A stretch of DNA of 64,000 nt from an uncultured Syntrophaceae bacterium (GTDB taxonomy: Bacteria > Desulfobacterota > Syntrophia > Syntrophales > UBA5619). The translations under genes were made by a program, and so were the position numbers. The stretch lies in contig CAZWTL010000003.1 of the NCBI GenBank assembly GCA_964637025.1, positions 4,056-68,055 of the forward strand. Reading direction: 5' to 3'. The number at the start of each line of letters is the position of its first letter. Position 1 is the first letter of the stretch. The notes under the pieces are model-generated. The model ran no database searches. It was not told the DNA's origin and worked only from the letters and a program-made list of their open reading frames with translations. This document shows, piece by piece, positions 44,281 through 53,596 of the stretch.

Positions 44281-45432
44281 GTGCTCGAAAAAGCATTGAA
44301 AGGAAGTCGCGGATACGGGATATGGGTGGCCTTTCTGCTGCTCCTGACCGGAATCGGTTTCATCTTTTACCTGAAGCAGCTTGACTACGGTTTGGGCATC
44401 ACCGGCATGAGCCGGGACGTCTCCTGGGGGCTTTACATCGCCCAGTTCACCTTCCTCGTCGGGGTCGCGGCCTCGGCGGTCATGCTCGTCATGCCCTACT
44501 ACCTCCACGACCACAAGGCCTTCGGCAAGATCACCATCCTCGGGGAGTTCCTGGCCGTCTCCGCGGTGATCATGTGCCTTACCTTCGTCCTGGTGGACCT
44601 GGGGCGCCTCGACCGGGCGATGAACATGATTCTCCACCCGTCGCCCAAGTCGATTCTCTTCTGGGACATGGTGGTCCTCAACGGCTATCTCCTGATCAAC
44701 ATCGTCACCGGGTGGACCGTACTGGAATCCGAGAAGCAGGGCGTGCCGCCGCCGACCTGGGTCAAGCCCATCATCTACCTCTCCATCCCGTGGGCCATCA
44801 GCATCCATACGGTCACGGCGTTCATCTACGCGGGCCTGCCGGGACGCGGCTTCTGGCTCACCGCCATCATGGCTCCGCGCTTCCTCGCGTCGGCCTTCGC
44901 CTCCGGACCGGCCCTGCTGATCCTCTTCTGCCTGATTCTGAAGCGGATCACCCGTTTCGACGCCGGGGAAAAGGCCGTTCAGACCCTGGCCAACATCGTA
45001 ACCTATGCGCTGGCCGTGAGCATCTTCTTCGTGCTGGTTGAGCTCTTCACAGGCTTCTACAGCCAGATCCCCGCGCACATGCACCATCTGGTCTATCTCT
45101 TCCGGGGGCTGGAGGGGCACAGCATGATCGCAAACTCGATGACCCTATCGGCTTTATTCGCCTTTGCCGCGCTGGCCCTGCTGATCATCCCGAAGACGCG
45201 TAAACGGGAATCCATCCTGGCGCTGGCCTGCGGCCTGACGTTCGTGTCGCTCTGGATCGAAAAGGGGCTGGGCCTCGTGATCACCGGCTTCATCCCCTCG
45301 CCTCTTGAGGCGCTCACGGACTACGTCCCCACCGGACCGGAAATCGCGATCACGATCGGGGTCTGGGCGCTGGGATTCCTGCTGATCACGCTGTTCTACA
45401 AGATCTTCGTCGCGGTCCGAACAGAGGGGTAG
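44281..45432 (+). CDS. dsrP: DsrP, NrfD/PsrC-like integral membrane quinone-interacting subunit
   Basis: 383-aa polytopic NrfD-like protein after dsrO. GTG start at 44281. Confidence 0.85.
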   Translation: MLEKALKGSRGYGIWVAFLLLLTGIGFIFYLKQLDYGLGITGMSRDVSWGLYIAQFTFLVGVAASAVMLVMPYYLHDHKAFGKITILGEFLAVSAVIMCLTFVLVDLGRLDRAMNMILHPSPKSILFWDMVVLNGYLLINIVTGWTVLESEKQGVPPPTWVKPIIYLSIPWAISIHTVTAFIYAGLPGRGFWLTAIMAPRFLASAFASGPALLILFCLILKRITRFDAGEKAVQTLANIVTYALAVSIFFVLVELFTGFYSQIPAHMHHLVYLFRGLEGHSMIANSMTLSALFAFAALALLIIPKTRKRESILALACGLTFVSLWIEKGLGLVITGFIPSPLEALTDYVPTGPEIAITIGVWALGFLLITLFYKIFVAVRTEG

Positions 45433-45725
45433 TCAACCGGCGTTTGTTTCGGTTTTTATCTGTTCTAGCCTTTTGCATGACGTTGCGGCAACGGCCAAGG
45501 CGCCGTTGACCGCAATTTCATCTTCCCATGATCTCCCAAAGATGAAGCCCGACGGAAGGATGACCCTCTCGGGATCCATCGGGGATTTGCCCTCTGTCGA
45601 CCGGGACGGCTGCCCTGGCGGTTCATGGGGCGGGAGTTTGTCACATGGCTGAAGAAAAGCTTCCGGATGGTCGTCAGGAGATCCGGCCGATTGAGGATTC
45701 GTGTCGGGCGTCGGAGGCATCCGGG

Positions 45726-46106
45726 ATGAAGATCGATCGAATCGACCACCTCGTGCTGACGGTTCGGGACATTCAAAGAAGCGCGGCATTCTATGCAGAC
45801 GTCCTGGGAATGCAACCGACCGCGTTTGGCCGGGGCCGTTGCGCCTTGGTGTTTGGTCAGCAGAAACTCCACCTTCACCCGGCCGATGCCCCTGTTGAAC
45901 CTCATGCCAGATATCCGGTTCCCGGGTCCGCTGATCTGTGTTTCATTACATCGGCGCCGATCGCGGAGGTTCTGGATCATCTGGTCCGCGTCGGCGTCCC
46001 CGTTGAGAAAGGTCCGGTGACGCGCACAGGGGCGACGGGAGAGATCTGTTCCGTGTATTTCAGAGACCCGGACGGGAATCTGATCGAAGTCTCCCGGTAT
46101 GTCTAG
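45726..46106 (+). CDS. VOC (glyoxalase/bleomycin resistance/dioxygenase) family protein
   Basis: MKIDRIDHLVLTVRDIQRSAAFYADVLGM ... YFRDPDGNLIEV is a typical VOC fold signature. ATG 45726. Confidence 0.8.
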   Translation: MKIDRIDHLVLTVRDIQRSAAFYADVLGMQPTAFGRGRCALVFGQQKLHLHPADAPVEPHARYPVPGSADLCFITSAPIAEVLDHLVRVGVPVEKGPVTRTGATGEICSVYFRDPDGNLIEVSRYV

Positions 46107-46252
46107 CGTGTCCGGCATGCCGGCTGGGACCGCGCAGCCGTTTGCCCGATAGGGGCGCGTCCCGGCGGTCGGCCAGGGGACGGTTCCAACGTTGCACGGC
46201 TATTTTCGCGGCGCATGCATCGGGTCATGACGCCGTCTTCCCAACAACCTGG

Positions 46253-47185
46253 ATGAAAAACTTCATGAACGGAGCGGAAGGTGTCCGGATCGTCGAGGTC
46301 GGGCCGCGGGACGGCCTACAGAACCTTGAAACCTTCGTCCCGACGGACCGGAAGATCGTCCTGATCCGGGATCTGGCCGCCTGCGGGCTCAGGGAAATCC
46401 AGATCGGAGGATTCGTCCATCCGCAGGCAATCCCCCAGTTCCGGGATATCCGCGAAGTGGCCGATGGATTGAGAGGGCTGCAGGAGGTTACGCTGACCGC
46501 CCTGATCCCCAATCCGGCAGGGGCGCGCGACGCCGTCGCCGCCGGCCTGAACAAGCTCATCTTCTTTTTTTCGGTCAGCCGTTCCCACAACTTGAACAAT
46601 GTCCGCAGGACCCCCGAGGAGTCCCTCGACGCCCTCAGGACGATCCACCGCGAGCTTTCCCCGGATGGGATCGAAATCCGCGTGGATCTCGCGACCGCAT
46701 TCGGCTGCCCGTTCGAGGGGTGCATCCCCGTTGGGGACGTACTGCGGACCGTCGAATCCACCGCCAACCTCGACATCCGTGAGATCACCCTCTGCGACAC
46801 CGTCGGCTTCGGCAATCCGCGCCTGGTCGAGGAGACCATACGGGCCTGCGCGGAACGGTTTCCGGACGTCTCTTTCGGGATGCACTTCCACAACACCCGC
46901 GGACTCGGCTTGGCCAACACCCTGACCGCTTATCATGCGGGAATCCGGATCTTCGACACGTCTCTGGGTGGCCTCGGCGGTTGCCCCTTTGCGCCCGGCG
47001 CCTCCGGGAACACGGCCACGGAGGATACGGTCTTTCTGTTCGAGGAGATGGGCGTCCACACGGGAGTGAACCTTCCGGCCCTGCTGGAGGCGGCGCGGCG
47101 CCTCCGGGAACTCCTCCCCGGCACCCCCCTGACCAGCGCCCTCTCACGGTCCGGACTCCCGCGGCCCATGAACTCCCCCTCTTGA
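46253..47185 (+). CDS. Hydroxymethylglutaryl-CoA lyase family protein
   Basis: VEVGPRDGLQN near the N-terminus, and HFHNTRGLGLAN...GLGGCPFAPGASGN. The start is uncertain (ATG 46253 or 46265). Confidence 0.85.
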   Translation: MKNFMNGAEGVRIVEVGPRDGLQNLETFVPTDRKIVLIRDLAACGLREIQIGGFVHPQAIPQFRDIREVADGLRGLQEVTLTALIPNPAGARDAVAAGLNKLIFFFSVSRSHNLNNVRRTPEESLDALRTIHRELSPDGIEIRVDLATAFGCPFEGCIPVGDVLRTVESTANLDIREITLCDTVGFGNPRLVEETIRACAERFPDVSFGMHFHNTRGLGLANTLTAYHAGIRIFDTSLGGLGGCPFAPGASGNTATEDTVFLFEEMGVHTGVNLPALLEAARRLRELLPGTPLTSALSRSGLPRPMNSPS

Positions 47186-47384
47186 GGCGCGGCGCCCATT
47201 TTCCATTGCCTTCCGGAAGCGGCCTGTCGGCGAGGGACGCGATCCCGCCGCGCCGCCGCATCCTGCTGCCTCCATTTTTTGTCTTTGAAATCGGGATGGG
47301 CCATGGTAAAGAATCACCCTCCGCTGTCGCAAGGCCGTTGCTTCAGGTCGCGACGGGTATCAGGGAACGGACAAGGAGAGCACC

Positions 47385-48308
47385 ATGCGCATCGCCATCA
47401 TGGGACAGGCCGCCTTCGGCGCCAAGGTTCTTGAAACCTTGTCGGATCGGGGTGAAGAGGTCATCGCCGCCTGGCTTCCCCAGGGGAATGCCGGGGGTAA
47501 AGTGGACCCCCTGAAGGCCGCGGCCGACAGTCGGGGCATCCCGGCCTACCGACCGGAAAGCTACAAGGCGCCGGAAACCCTCACGGCCTTCCGGGAGACA
47601 CGTCCGGATCTGCTGATCATGGCCTTTGTGACCGACATCATCCCGCAAGCCCTGATCGAGGTACCGTCACAGGGATCGATCTGCTATCACCCCTCCCTTC
47701 TGCCCCGCCACCGCGGCGGAAGCGCGATCAACTGGGCGCTGATCATGGGAGACGGAGAGACGGGGCTTTCGATCTTCTGGACGGACGCGGGGATCGACAC
47801 GGGGCCTCTTCTGCTGCAAAAACGGGTCCCGATCGGGCCGGATGACACCACGGGTTCCCTCTACTTCACCCAGCTCTTCCCCCTCGGTGTCGAGGCGCTT
47901 GCCGAATCCGTAGACCTGATCCGCTCGGGCCGGGCTCCCCGCCAGGCCCAGGACGAGGGTCTTGCGACCTACGAGCCTCTCTGCAACGATCGGGTCGCCG
48001 GGATCGACTGGAACAAATCCGCGGCAGAGATCTACAACCTCATCCGGGGTTGCGATCCCCAGCCCGGCGCCTATGCATTTCATCGGGGGGCAAAGATCCG
48101 CTTCCTGGAGGCCCGGCCCGCGGACATTCACCGCCCGGAAGCCGCTCCCGGCGAGGTCCTGGCGGTCGGGAAAGACGGATGGGTCGTGGCCGCCCGCGGC
48201 GGCGCGATCCGCGTCGGCAAGATCCGGACGGAAGCGGGCAAGCAGGAGGCCGCGGAATACGCCGCGGCGGCAGGACTGCGGCCCGGCGAGCGGCTTATGC
48301 CCGCCTGA
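47385..48308 (+). CDS. Formyltransferase family protein (Fmt/ArnA N-domain-like)
   Basis: MRIAIMGQAAFG..., HPSLLPRHRGGSAINWALI, FWTDAGIDTGPLL, plus a C-terminal Fmt-like domain. Confidence 0.7.
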   Translation: MRIAIMGQAAFGAKVLETLSDRGEEVIAAWLPQGNAGGKVDPLKAAADSRGIPAYRPESYKAPETLTAFRETRPDLLIMAFVTDIIPQALIEVPSQGSICYHPSLLPRHRGGSAINWALIMGDGETGLSIFWTDAGIDTGPLLLQKRVPIGPDDTTGSLYFTQLFPLGVEALAESVDLIRSGRAPRQAQDEGLATYEPLCNDRVAGIDWNKSAAEIYNLIRGCDPQPGAYAFHRGAKIRFLEARPADIHRPEAAPGEVLAVGKDGWVVAARGGAIRVGKIRTEAGKQEAAEYAAAAGLRPGERLMPA

Positions 48309-48421
48309 AGCCGGACCGCAACCATCGCAAACAGGGATATGTCCCGGGATCAACCCGTTCCATGTTCCGTTGGACCGGCCGATCCGGGGTAGGATGCACA
48401 ACATTCCAAGGAGGTCAATGC

Positions 48422-48907
48422 ATGGCGGCAGAGGAAAAAGAGGATCTGAAAGAAAAAATGGAGGGCTACAAGGCCAAGATCTCCCCAACGATGAAGGCCA
48501 CGGTCGCATGGGACCGGGACCTGATCTTCGTGGCGACGACGCCGCAGGGCTATGAGCTTGAATTCGACGCCGACGCGCAGTGGGGCTGCAAGCCGACGGA
48601 GTCGCTGCTGATGTCGCTGGGGGGGTGCATGGCCATCGACATCGTATCGATCCTGAAGAAGATGAGGATGGAGATTGTCCGTTTTCGCATGGATCTCACG
48701 GGGGAACGCAATCCCGATCCGCCCCAGTTCTTCAAGTCCGTGGACATGGTCCTTCACCTGACGGGCCGCAACCTGGATTCTCGCAAGATCGAGCGCGCGA
48801 TCTCCCTTTCCCGGGAGAAGTACTGTTCCGTCTACAACTCGCTTCGTCCGGACATGGATCTGAAGGTTCGACACATCATCGAACAGGAGGACCCTGCGAC
48901 CCCTTAG
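48422..48907 (+). CDS. OsmC/Ohr family peroxiredoxin-like protein
   Basis: ATG 48422 follows AAGGAGG. Two conserved Cys contexts (LGGCMAIDI, KYCSVYNSL). Confidence 0.75.
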   Translation: MAAEEKEDLKEKMEGYKAKISPTMKATVAWDRDLIFVATTPQGYELEFDADAQWGCKPTESLLMSLGGCMAIDIVSILKKMRMEIVRFRMDLTGERNPDPPQFFKSVDMVLHLTGRNLDSRKIERAISLSREKYCSVYNSLRPDMDLKVRHIIEQEDPATP

Positions 48908-48949
48908 CCGGATAGATCCGACATCACATCCCGGCAGTCGGCAATCAAA

Positions 48950-49900
48950 ATGAAAAAGCTTCTGATTCTCGGGTTGGGACTCTCGGCGTTCGCCGCCATC
49001 GGGGCTTATTTCCTGTTTCCGGGGACCCTGCTCGAACTCGCCTTGGCAGCGGGAAGACATGCCGCCGGCCTGAACCGGAAGGAAATCCGGATCCAGGATC
49101 ACACGATCCACTATCTCGAGGGGGGAAAAGGGCAAACGATCCTGCTGCTCCACGGCTTTGGGGCCAGCAAGGAGAGCTGGATCCGCTTCGCCCGGCACCT
49201 CACGGGGGGCTATCGCGTGGTGATTCCCGATCTTCCCGGATTCGGCCAGAGCTCCCGGATACCGGCCGCATCCTATGACATGGAAACGCAGTTGAAGCGG
49301 ATCGAACTTTTCGCGGAGGCGCTGATCCCCGATAAATTCCATCTTGCCGGGAACTCCATGGGAGGGACGCTGGCCGCGCTGTATGCGGCCGAACATCCCC
49401 GGAGGATTGCGACGCTGGCGCTGCTGGCGCCGGGCGGCGTCGGTTCCCCCCGTCCAAGCGAGTTGGCCAAACTCATCCAGAAAGGCATAAACCCGCTCCT
49501 GACCGGCAACGCCGAGGATTTTGACCGCCTGTTGGAATTGTGTTTTGCCAAGCCGCCGTTCATCCCTTCGCAATTCAAAAAAGTCATGGCGTCCGCGGCA
49601 TCCCTGCAGAGGAATTTCAATCAGAAGATATGGAACGACATGGTAGGAAGTCGCGCACACGGGGCGTCCTTTTTGATGGAAAACTTTCTGGAGCCCTATT
49701 TGTCCCGAATCCAGGCGCCGGTCCTGATCATCTGGGGGAATGCCGACCATATCCTGGATGTGGGCGGTGCGGCGGTTCTGGAGAGGAGCCTGAAAAACGC
49801 CAAGACGGTGGTCATGGAGAATATCGGACACGCGCCGATGCTGGAAGATCCCCGGGACACGGCATCGCATTATCTGAACCATTTGAAAGGCGTCTTTTAA
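48950..49900 (+). CDS. Alpha/beta hydrolase
   Basis: LLHGFGASKESW, and the nucleophile elbow GNSMGG. The N-terminus has one hydrophobic segment. Confidence 0.8.
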   Translation: MKKLLILGLGLSAFAAIGAYFLFPGTLLELALAAGRHAAGLNRKEIRIQDHTIHYLEGGKGQTILLLHGFGASKESWIRFARHLTGGYRVVIPDLPGFGQSSRIPAASYDMETQLKRIELFAEALIPDKFHLAGNSMGGTLAALYAAEHPRRIATLALLAPGGVGSPRPSELAKLIQKGINPLLTGNAEDFDRLLELCFAKPPFIPSQFKKVMASAASLQRNFNQKIWNDMVGSRAHGASFLMENFLEPYLSRIQAPVLIIWGNADHILDVGGAAVLERSLKNAKTVVMENIGHAPMLEDPRDTASHYLNHLKGVF

Positions 49901-49922
49901 CCTTGCCCGAAGCGCCGGCCGT

Positions 49923-50792
49923 TTATCGCGTTTCCCTTTCCTCGAGGGCATGCCGGAGCGCCTGCGGGATCTGTTCGATGATCTCGATGATCTGGGTCGC
50001 CGGCGTTGGACGGGCATAGCGGCCGGCCAGACGGTTCGCCCGCATGGCCGTCAAGGCAGCCCGCCGCATCTCCATCCCCGCGTCGATCAGGACCGAGACG
50101 ATCCCCGTCAGGGTGTCGCCGGTCCCGCCGATGGCCTCCATGGCCTCTTCCGCGGGCTCGTTGACCGTTTCGAGGACGCCGTTTTCGTCCGCCAGATAAT
50201 CCGTTTCCCCCTTGACGAGAAGATGCCTGGCGGCGTTGCCGTGTTTATAGGCACGGGCGATGAGGTCGGGTATTCGATTCTCCTCGTGGAGGATAAACCC
50301 CCTCGTATAGAATGGATGGGGCGCATCCTCATCGGCCAGAAAGGCGAGCTCTCCCGCATCCGGTGTGAACAGGTCGTACAGGGGCGCATTGCCGCTCATC
50401 TTGGCGACGTACATGAAACCCGCGTCCGCGATCAGCGTCGGCTTCGGGACCAGCGTTCCAAGAACGGCCTGAAGCCGTTGATGCCAGTGGACGATCGGCT
50501 GGAGATAATGGAAGGTGAGGGTCTGAAAGTCTGATCGAGGCAGCGTTTCGGTCATGCGCGCATAGAGGCGCCGGCTTCCCTTGCCGCTTCCCGTATCTCC
50601 CACCAGCCAGGCGAACGGCGCCGTTTCCCCGAGCATCTCGGCCGTCTTTGCGGCGGCGGCAAGCAGGGCCGGAGTCCCACGGTTGACGGGGATCAACGAC
50701 GTCCCGACGGAGATCCGGCCTTCGGCCAGTGAGATCCGTCCCTCCGTCAGGGGAAAATCGTCCATCGGAACCGTTCCCGCTATACAGAGCAT
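49923..50792 (-). CDS. Ribokinase-superfamily protein resembling YjeF C-terminal / NAD(P)HX dehydratase-type carbohydrate kinases
   Basis: The C-terminal AIGGTGDTLTGIVSVLIDAG matches the GG(S/T)GDxLTG ATP/anion-hole motif. ATG 50792 overlaps the upstream gene by 13 nt. The ORF-track frame to 51200 is an artefactual extension. Confidence 0.55.
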   Translation of the reverse strand: MLCIAGTVPMDDFPLTEGRISLAEGRISVGTSLIPVNRGTPALLAAAAKTAEMLGETAPFAWLVGDTGSGKGSRRLYARMTETLPRSDFQTLTFHYLQPIVHWHQRLQAVLGTLVPKPTLIADAGFMYVAKMSGNAPLYDLFTPDAGELAFLADEDAPHPFYTRGFILHEENRIPDLIARAYKHGNAARHLLVKGETDYLADENGVLETVNEPAEEAMEAIGGTGDTLTGIVSVLIDAGMEMRRAALTAMRANRLAGRYARPTPATQIIEIIEQIPQALRHALEERETR

Positions 50793-51343
50793 CTGCGCTT
50801 GACCTCCTCGTAGGCCAGTTGAAGGGCGTAGCCGCAGAGGGTGCGGCCGATGTCGCGGGGCCGGGGCGCGTCGTCCAATGTGCGTCCCACCATGGAAGCC
50901 GCCAGAAACGGGACATCCGGGCACCCGCCCCCCGATACGTTCACGATAACGCCCGTTTCCTTGTCCACTGTGATTTTCATGTTCGCCGCCCGGACCATCA
51001 GGTATCGGCCATAATCCTTGAACTGGAAGATATCCACCGGCTTGAGCAGCGGACCGGTGACCGGAACCGTTCTGAGCGGAGACAGCCCCGCGGCTTCCAG
51101 AACTCCGAGAATCCGCAGTTGTTCCATCAGCGGAAATTCGATGACCAGATCGCACCCCTGACGGATTTCGGAAGGAGGGCCCATGACCCGGATCTCCCAT
51201 CCATTTTTCTTCAACAGACTCTCCGCCTGGATCACCTCGCCGGTGTTTTCGAACACGAGGATCCCCCGATCCGCCTGCGCGGCCGGATCAGGGGATTTTT
51301 TCTCTTTGGATTTATCCTTCAAAAAATCGAACATCTCAAACAT
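50780..51343 (-). CDS. DUF3343-like (putative S/Se carrier) domain fused to an unknown Cys-containing C-terminal domain
   Basis: The N-terminal GILVFENTGEVIQAESLLKKNGWEIRVMGPPSEIRQGCDLVIEF follows the DUF3343 pattern. The C-terminal half contains SGGGCPDVP. ATG 51343 lies 2 nt after the tusA-like stop. Confidence 0.6.
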   Translation of the reverse strand: MFEMFDFLKDKSKEKKSPDPAAQADRGILVFENTGEVIQAESLLKKNGWEIRVMGPPSEIRQGCDLVIEFPLMEQLRILGVLEAAGLSPLRTVPVTGPLLKPVDIFQFKDYGRYLMVRAANMKITVDKETGVIVNVSGGGCPDVPFLAASMVGRTLDDAPRPRDIGRTLCGYALQLAYEEVKRRCSV

Positions 51344-51345
51344 GA

Positions 51346-51564
51346 TCAACCTTTTTTGATCGTAATGGTGTAAATGCCGCCTTGCTCGCTGATTCTGGCA
51401 ACAGCCCATCCCTTGCCCGTAGCGGCCCGCGACACATTCTCCCTGGAGGCCTCGCTGTCCACCATGACGACGATCTCATCCTCCTCCCCCGCCTTGATCT
51501 CATTGAGCGTCATCAGGACAGGCTGGGGACACGAAACTCCGCAGGCGTCGATTGTCTTTGCCAT
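51346..51564 (-). CDS. TusA/SirA/YedF-type sulfurtransferase
   Basis: 72 aa with the diagnostic CPxP motif in IDACGVSCPQPVLMT. Confidence 0.85.
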   Translation of the reverse strand: MAKTIDACGVSCPQPVLMTLNEIKAGEEDEIVVMVDSEASRENVSRAATGKGWAVARISEQGGIYTITIKKG

Positions 51565-51583
51565 CTTTAATCCTCCTTGTGCA

Positions 51584-52678
51584 TTACGCGATTCTTTTTC
51601 TCATCGTAAAGCCGATGAACAGACAGACCAAGAACCCGACGACGACAGCGGGTATCCCGTAGGGACCGACTCCGGTCGCCGAACTGGCCAGGCCGAAGTT
51701 GTGGGAAATCCCGGCCCCAAAAATCATCCCCATCACAAAAACGGCGGCGTCCCCGTCCCCTTCCCCGGCCAAGAAAAGCTGGCGTCCGGGACAGCCGCCA
51801 GCCAGACAGAACGCCAGGCCCGAGAGCGCCATGCCCGCAAAATTCCAGAAATGCATGGTGTGGGCCACGGGCTGCCCCTCGAATCCCGGCTTGAACTGTC
51901 CCAGGACGAGATTGACGACAAAGGCGGTCGCCACCAGGGCGACAAATCCCGACAGGAGGTGCGCCTGCCGGAAGAGAACGAAGTCTCTGATCGCTCCCAT
52001 GGTGCAGAATCGGCTCCGCTGCGCGAGCACCCCGATCAGAAGGCCTACGATCAAAGAGACCGCAAGCGGAGCATGCATCGATCCCGGCCCCTTCACGCTG
52101 TAGAAAAGCACGCCGCTCCTGGCCTCTCCGGCGATCTGGGGGAAGGCCAGCATGAGCAACAGGAGGCCGGCCATGAAGAGGGGCATCATCCAGCCCGCAG
52201 CGGTGTGCGTTTGCTGGCTTCTTCCCAAATTGTATCCCCCTTTCAAGAACAGCGTGCCGATCCAGATGCCTGTGATGAGACCCAGCAGGCCGAGGATGGC
52301 GTTGCCGTCCCCGCCGGCCAGGCGCAGCGCCGCCCTCCAGGGACATCCGAGAAAGACCAGGGCGCCGATCATGGCGAACACCCCAAGAAAAAACCGGACG
52401 ATGGGTGCGGAACCCAGACGGGGACGGAATTCCTTGAACAGATAGGCGGCCGCGAGGGACCCGAGGACGAAGCCGACGATTTCGGGCCGGACGTACTGGA
52501 CAACCTCTGCCCGGTGCAGGCCGATGGCGCCGGCGATGTCCCGTTCGAAGCAGGCCACGCAGACTCCCATGTTTCCGGGGTTCCCCAGTTTCTGCAAGAG
52601 GGGCGCCAGAATTCCGATGGCGATCCCGACGCCGATGATCCCCCAGCGCCCTGCAAAGATGTTCTTGATGCCGTTCAT
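51584..52678 (-). CDS. YeeE/YedE family membrane protein (thiosulfate/sulfur- or selenium-compound transporter)
   Basis: Polytopic, with conserved Cys contexts GVCVACFERD, LGCPWR, RSRFCTMGAIRD, AGGCPGRQ. ATG 52678 follows AGGAGG. The ORF-track frame to 52930 was trimmed. Confidence 0.8.
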   Translation of the reverse strand: MNGIKNIFAGRWGIIGVGIAIGILAPLLQKLGNPGNMGVCVACFERDIAGAIGLHRAEVVQYVRPEIVGFVLGSLAAAYLFKEFRPRLGSAPIVRFFLGVFAMIGALVFLGCPWRAALRLAGGDGNAILGLLGLITGIWIGTLFLKGGYNLGRSQQTHTAAGWMMPLFMAGLLLLMLAFPQIAGEARSGVLFYSVKGPGSMHAPLAVSLIVGLLIGVLAQRSRFCTMGAIRDFVLFRQAHLLSGFVALVATAFVVNLVLGQFKPGFEGQPVAHTMHFWNFAGMALSGLAFCLAGGCPGRQLFLAGEGDGDAAVFVMGMIFGAGISHNFGLASSATGVGPYGIPAVVVGFLVCLFIGFTMRKRIA

Positions 52679-53175
52679 AGCATGCCTCCTGATTATAATG
52701 GATGTGACGATCCCGGAGACTCCGGGACGGTTTCGGGCAAAAAGCGGCTGCCCGGCCGATGGAACGCCTTGGAATTGAAGGGACGGATTTCCAGGCAGGG
52801 TCGAGGGATCACCCCTGCAAGCCAATCCATGCGCAGCGTGGCGATCCGGATGAAGCGCATGCAGACGTTTCCGGATAGGTTCTGGATTCTGTAGGTGAAG
52901 GGGACCAACCTCGCCTCCTGATCGCGTCATGCCGCAGTCTCCGCGGCATGGTTCTCAGGGGCGAAAGGATCAGCGCGGGAGCAGCGGCGGGACGATGTTT
53001 CCGGAGAACCGCCCGGGTTCTCTTTCATCGCCTCATATCAAGGGTGTGAAAAACGGGTTCCGCTGTTTCATGGTTGCGATTCACTCCTTTTCGATGGTGA
53101 CCTCTACAGGATCATCCCCCTCTTTGTCAATGAAAATATCGACACGGCGCGATCCGGCATCGATGCAAATAAAAC

Positions 53176-53204
53176 TTGACATTCCTTCCGAATGCCCTTA
53201 TAAG
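53176..53204 (+). promoter_or_regulatory. Sigma70 promoter candidate for cspA, implying a 5' UTR of about 165 nt
   Basis: TTGACA (53176-53181), exact 17-nt spacer, TATAAG (53199-53204). Confidence 0.55.
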
Positions 53205-53374
53205 GGCGTCGCAGACCGGCTCCAGTCGGGGTTCGGGATGGAAGTTGGATACGGACATTTTGAAGTGCAAGACCGGCCCTCATGTTCTCCCAGAGAGTCT
53301 TGGAGGCCAAGTTTTTTTTGCCGTGATGTACATCCGACTTGGTATGAATCTGGGAAGAAAGGAGGATCAGTGTC

Positions 53375-53575
53375 ATGGCAGAAGGAACAGTGAAGTGGTT
53401 TAACGAGCAAAAAGGCTTCGGTTTCATCGAGAAGTCCGAGGGCGGCGATGTGTTCGTTCATTACAGCGCCATCCAGGCCAGCGGATTCAAGACGTTGGCT
53501 GAGGGTCAGCGCGTCAGTTTCGACATCGCGCAGGGCAAGAAAGGCCCGGCCGCTGAAAACGTGAAGCTTCTGTAG
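53375..53575 (+). CDS. cspA: Cold-shock protein (CspA family)
   Basis: [19 protein letters not shown]...DVFVHYSAI contains the RNP1 (KGFGFI) and RNP2 (VFVHY) motifs. Confidence 0.95.
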   Translation: MAEGTVKWFNEQKGFGFIEKSEGGDVFVHYSAIQASGFKTLAEGQRVSFDIAQGKKGPAAENVKLL

Positions 53576-53596
53576 GATAAACCGCAGATGAGCAAA

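Noticed and set aside
45433-45470. Possible terminator after dsrP (AACCG...CGGTT followed by TTTAT)
   Set aside because: The stem is only 5 bp with a 10-nt loop, which is too weak to call.
52929-53427. ORFs 52929-53393(+) and 53104-53427(-) in the yedE-cspA spacer
   Set aside because: They overlap the cspA promoter and leader, have no RBS, and give low-complexity translations. The region is better explained as divergent regulatory DNA.
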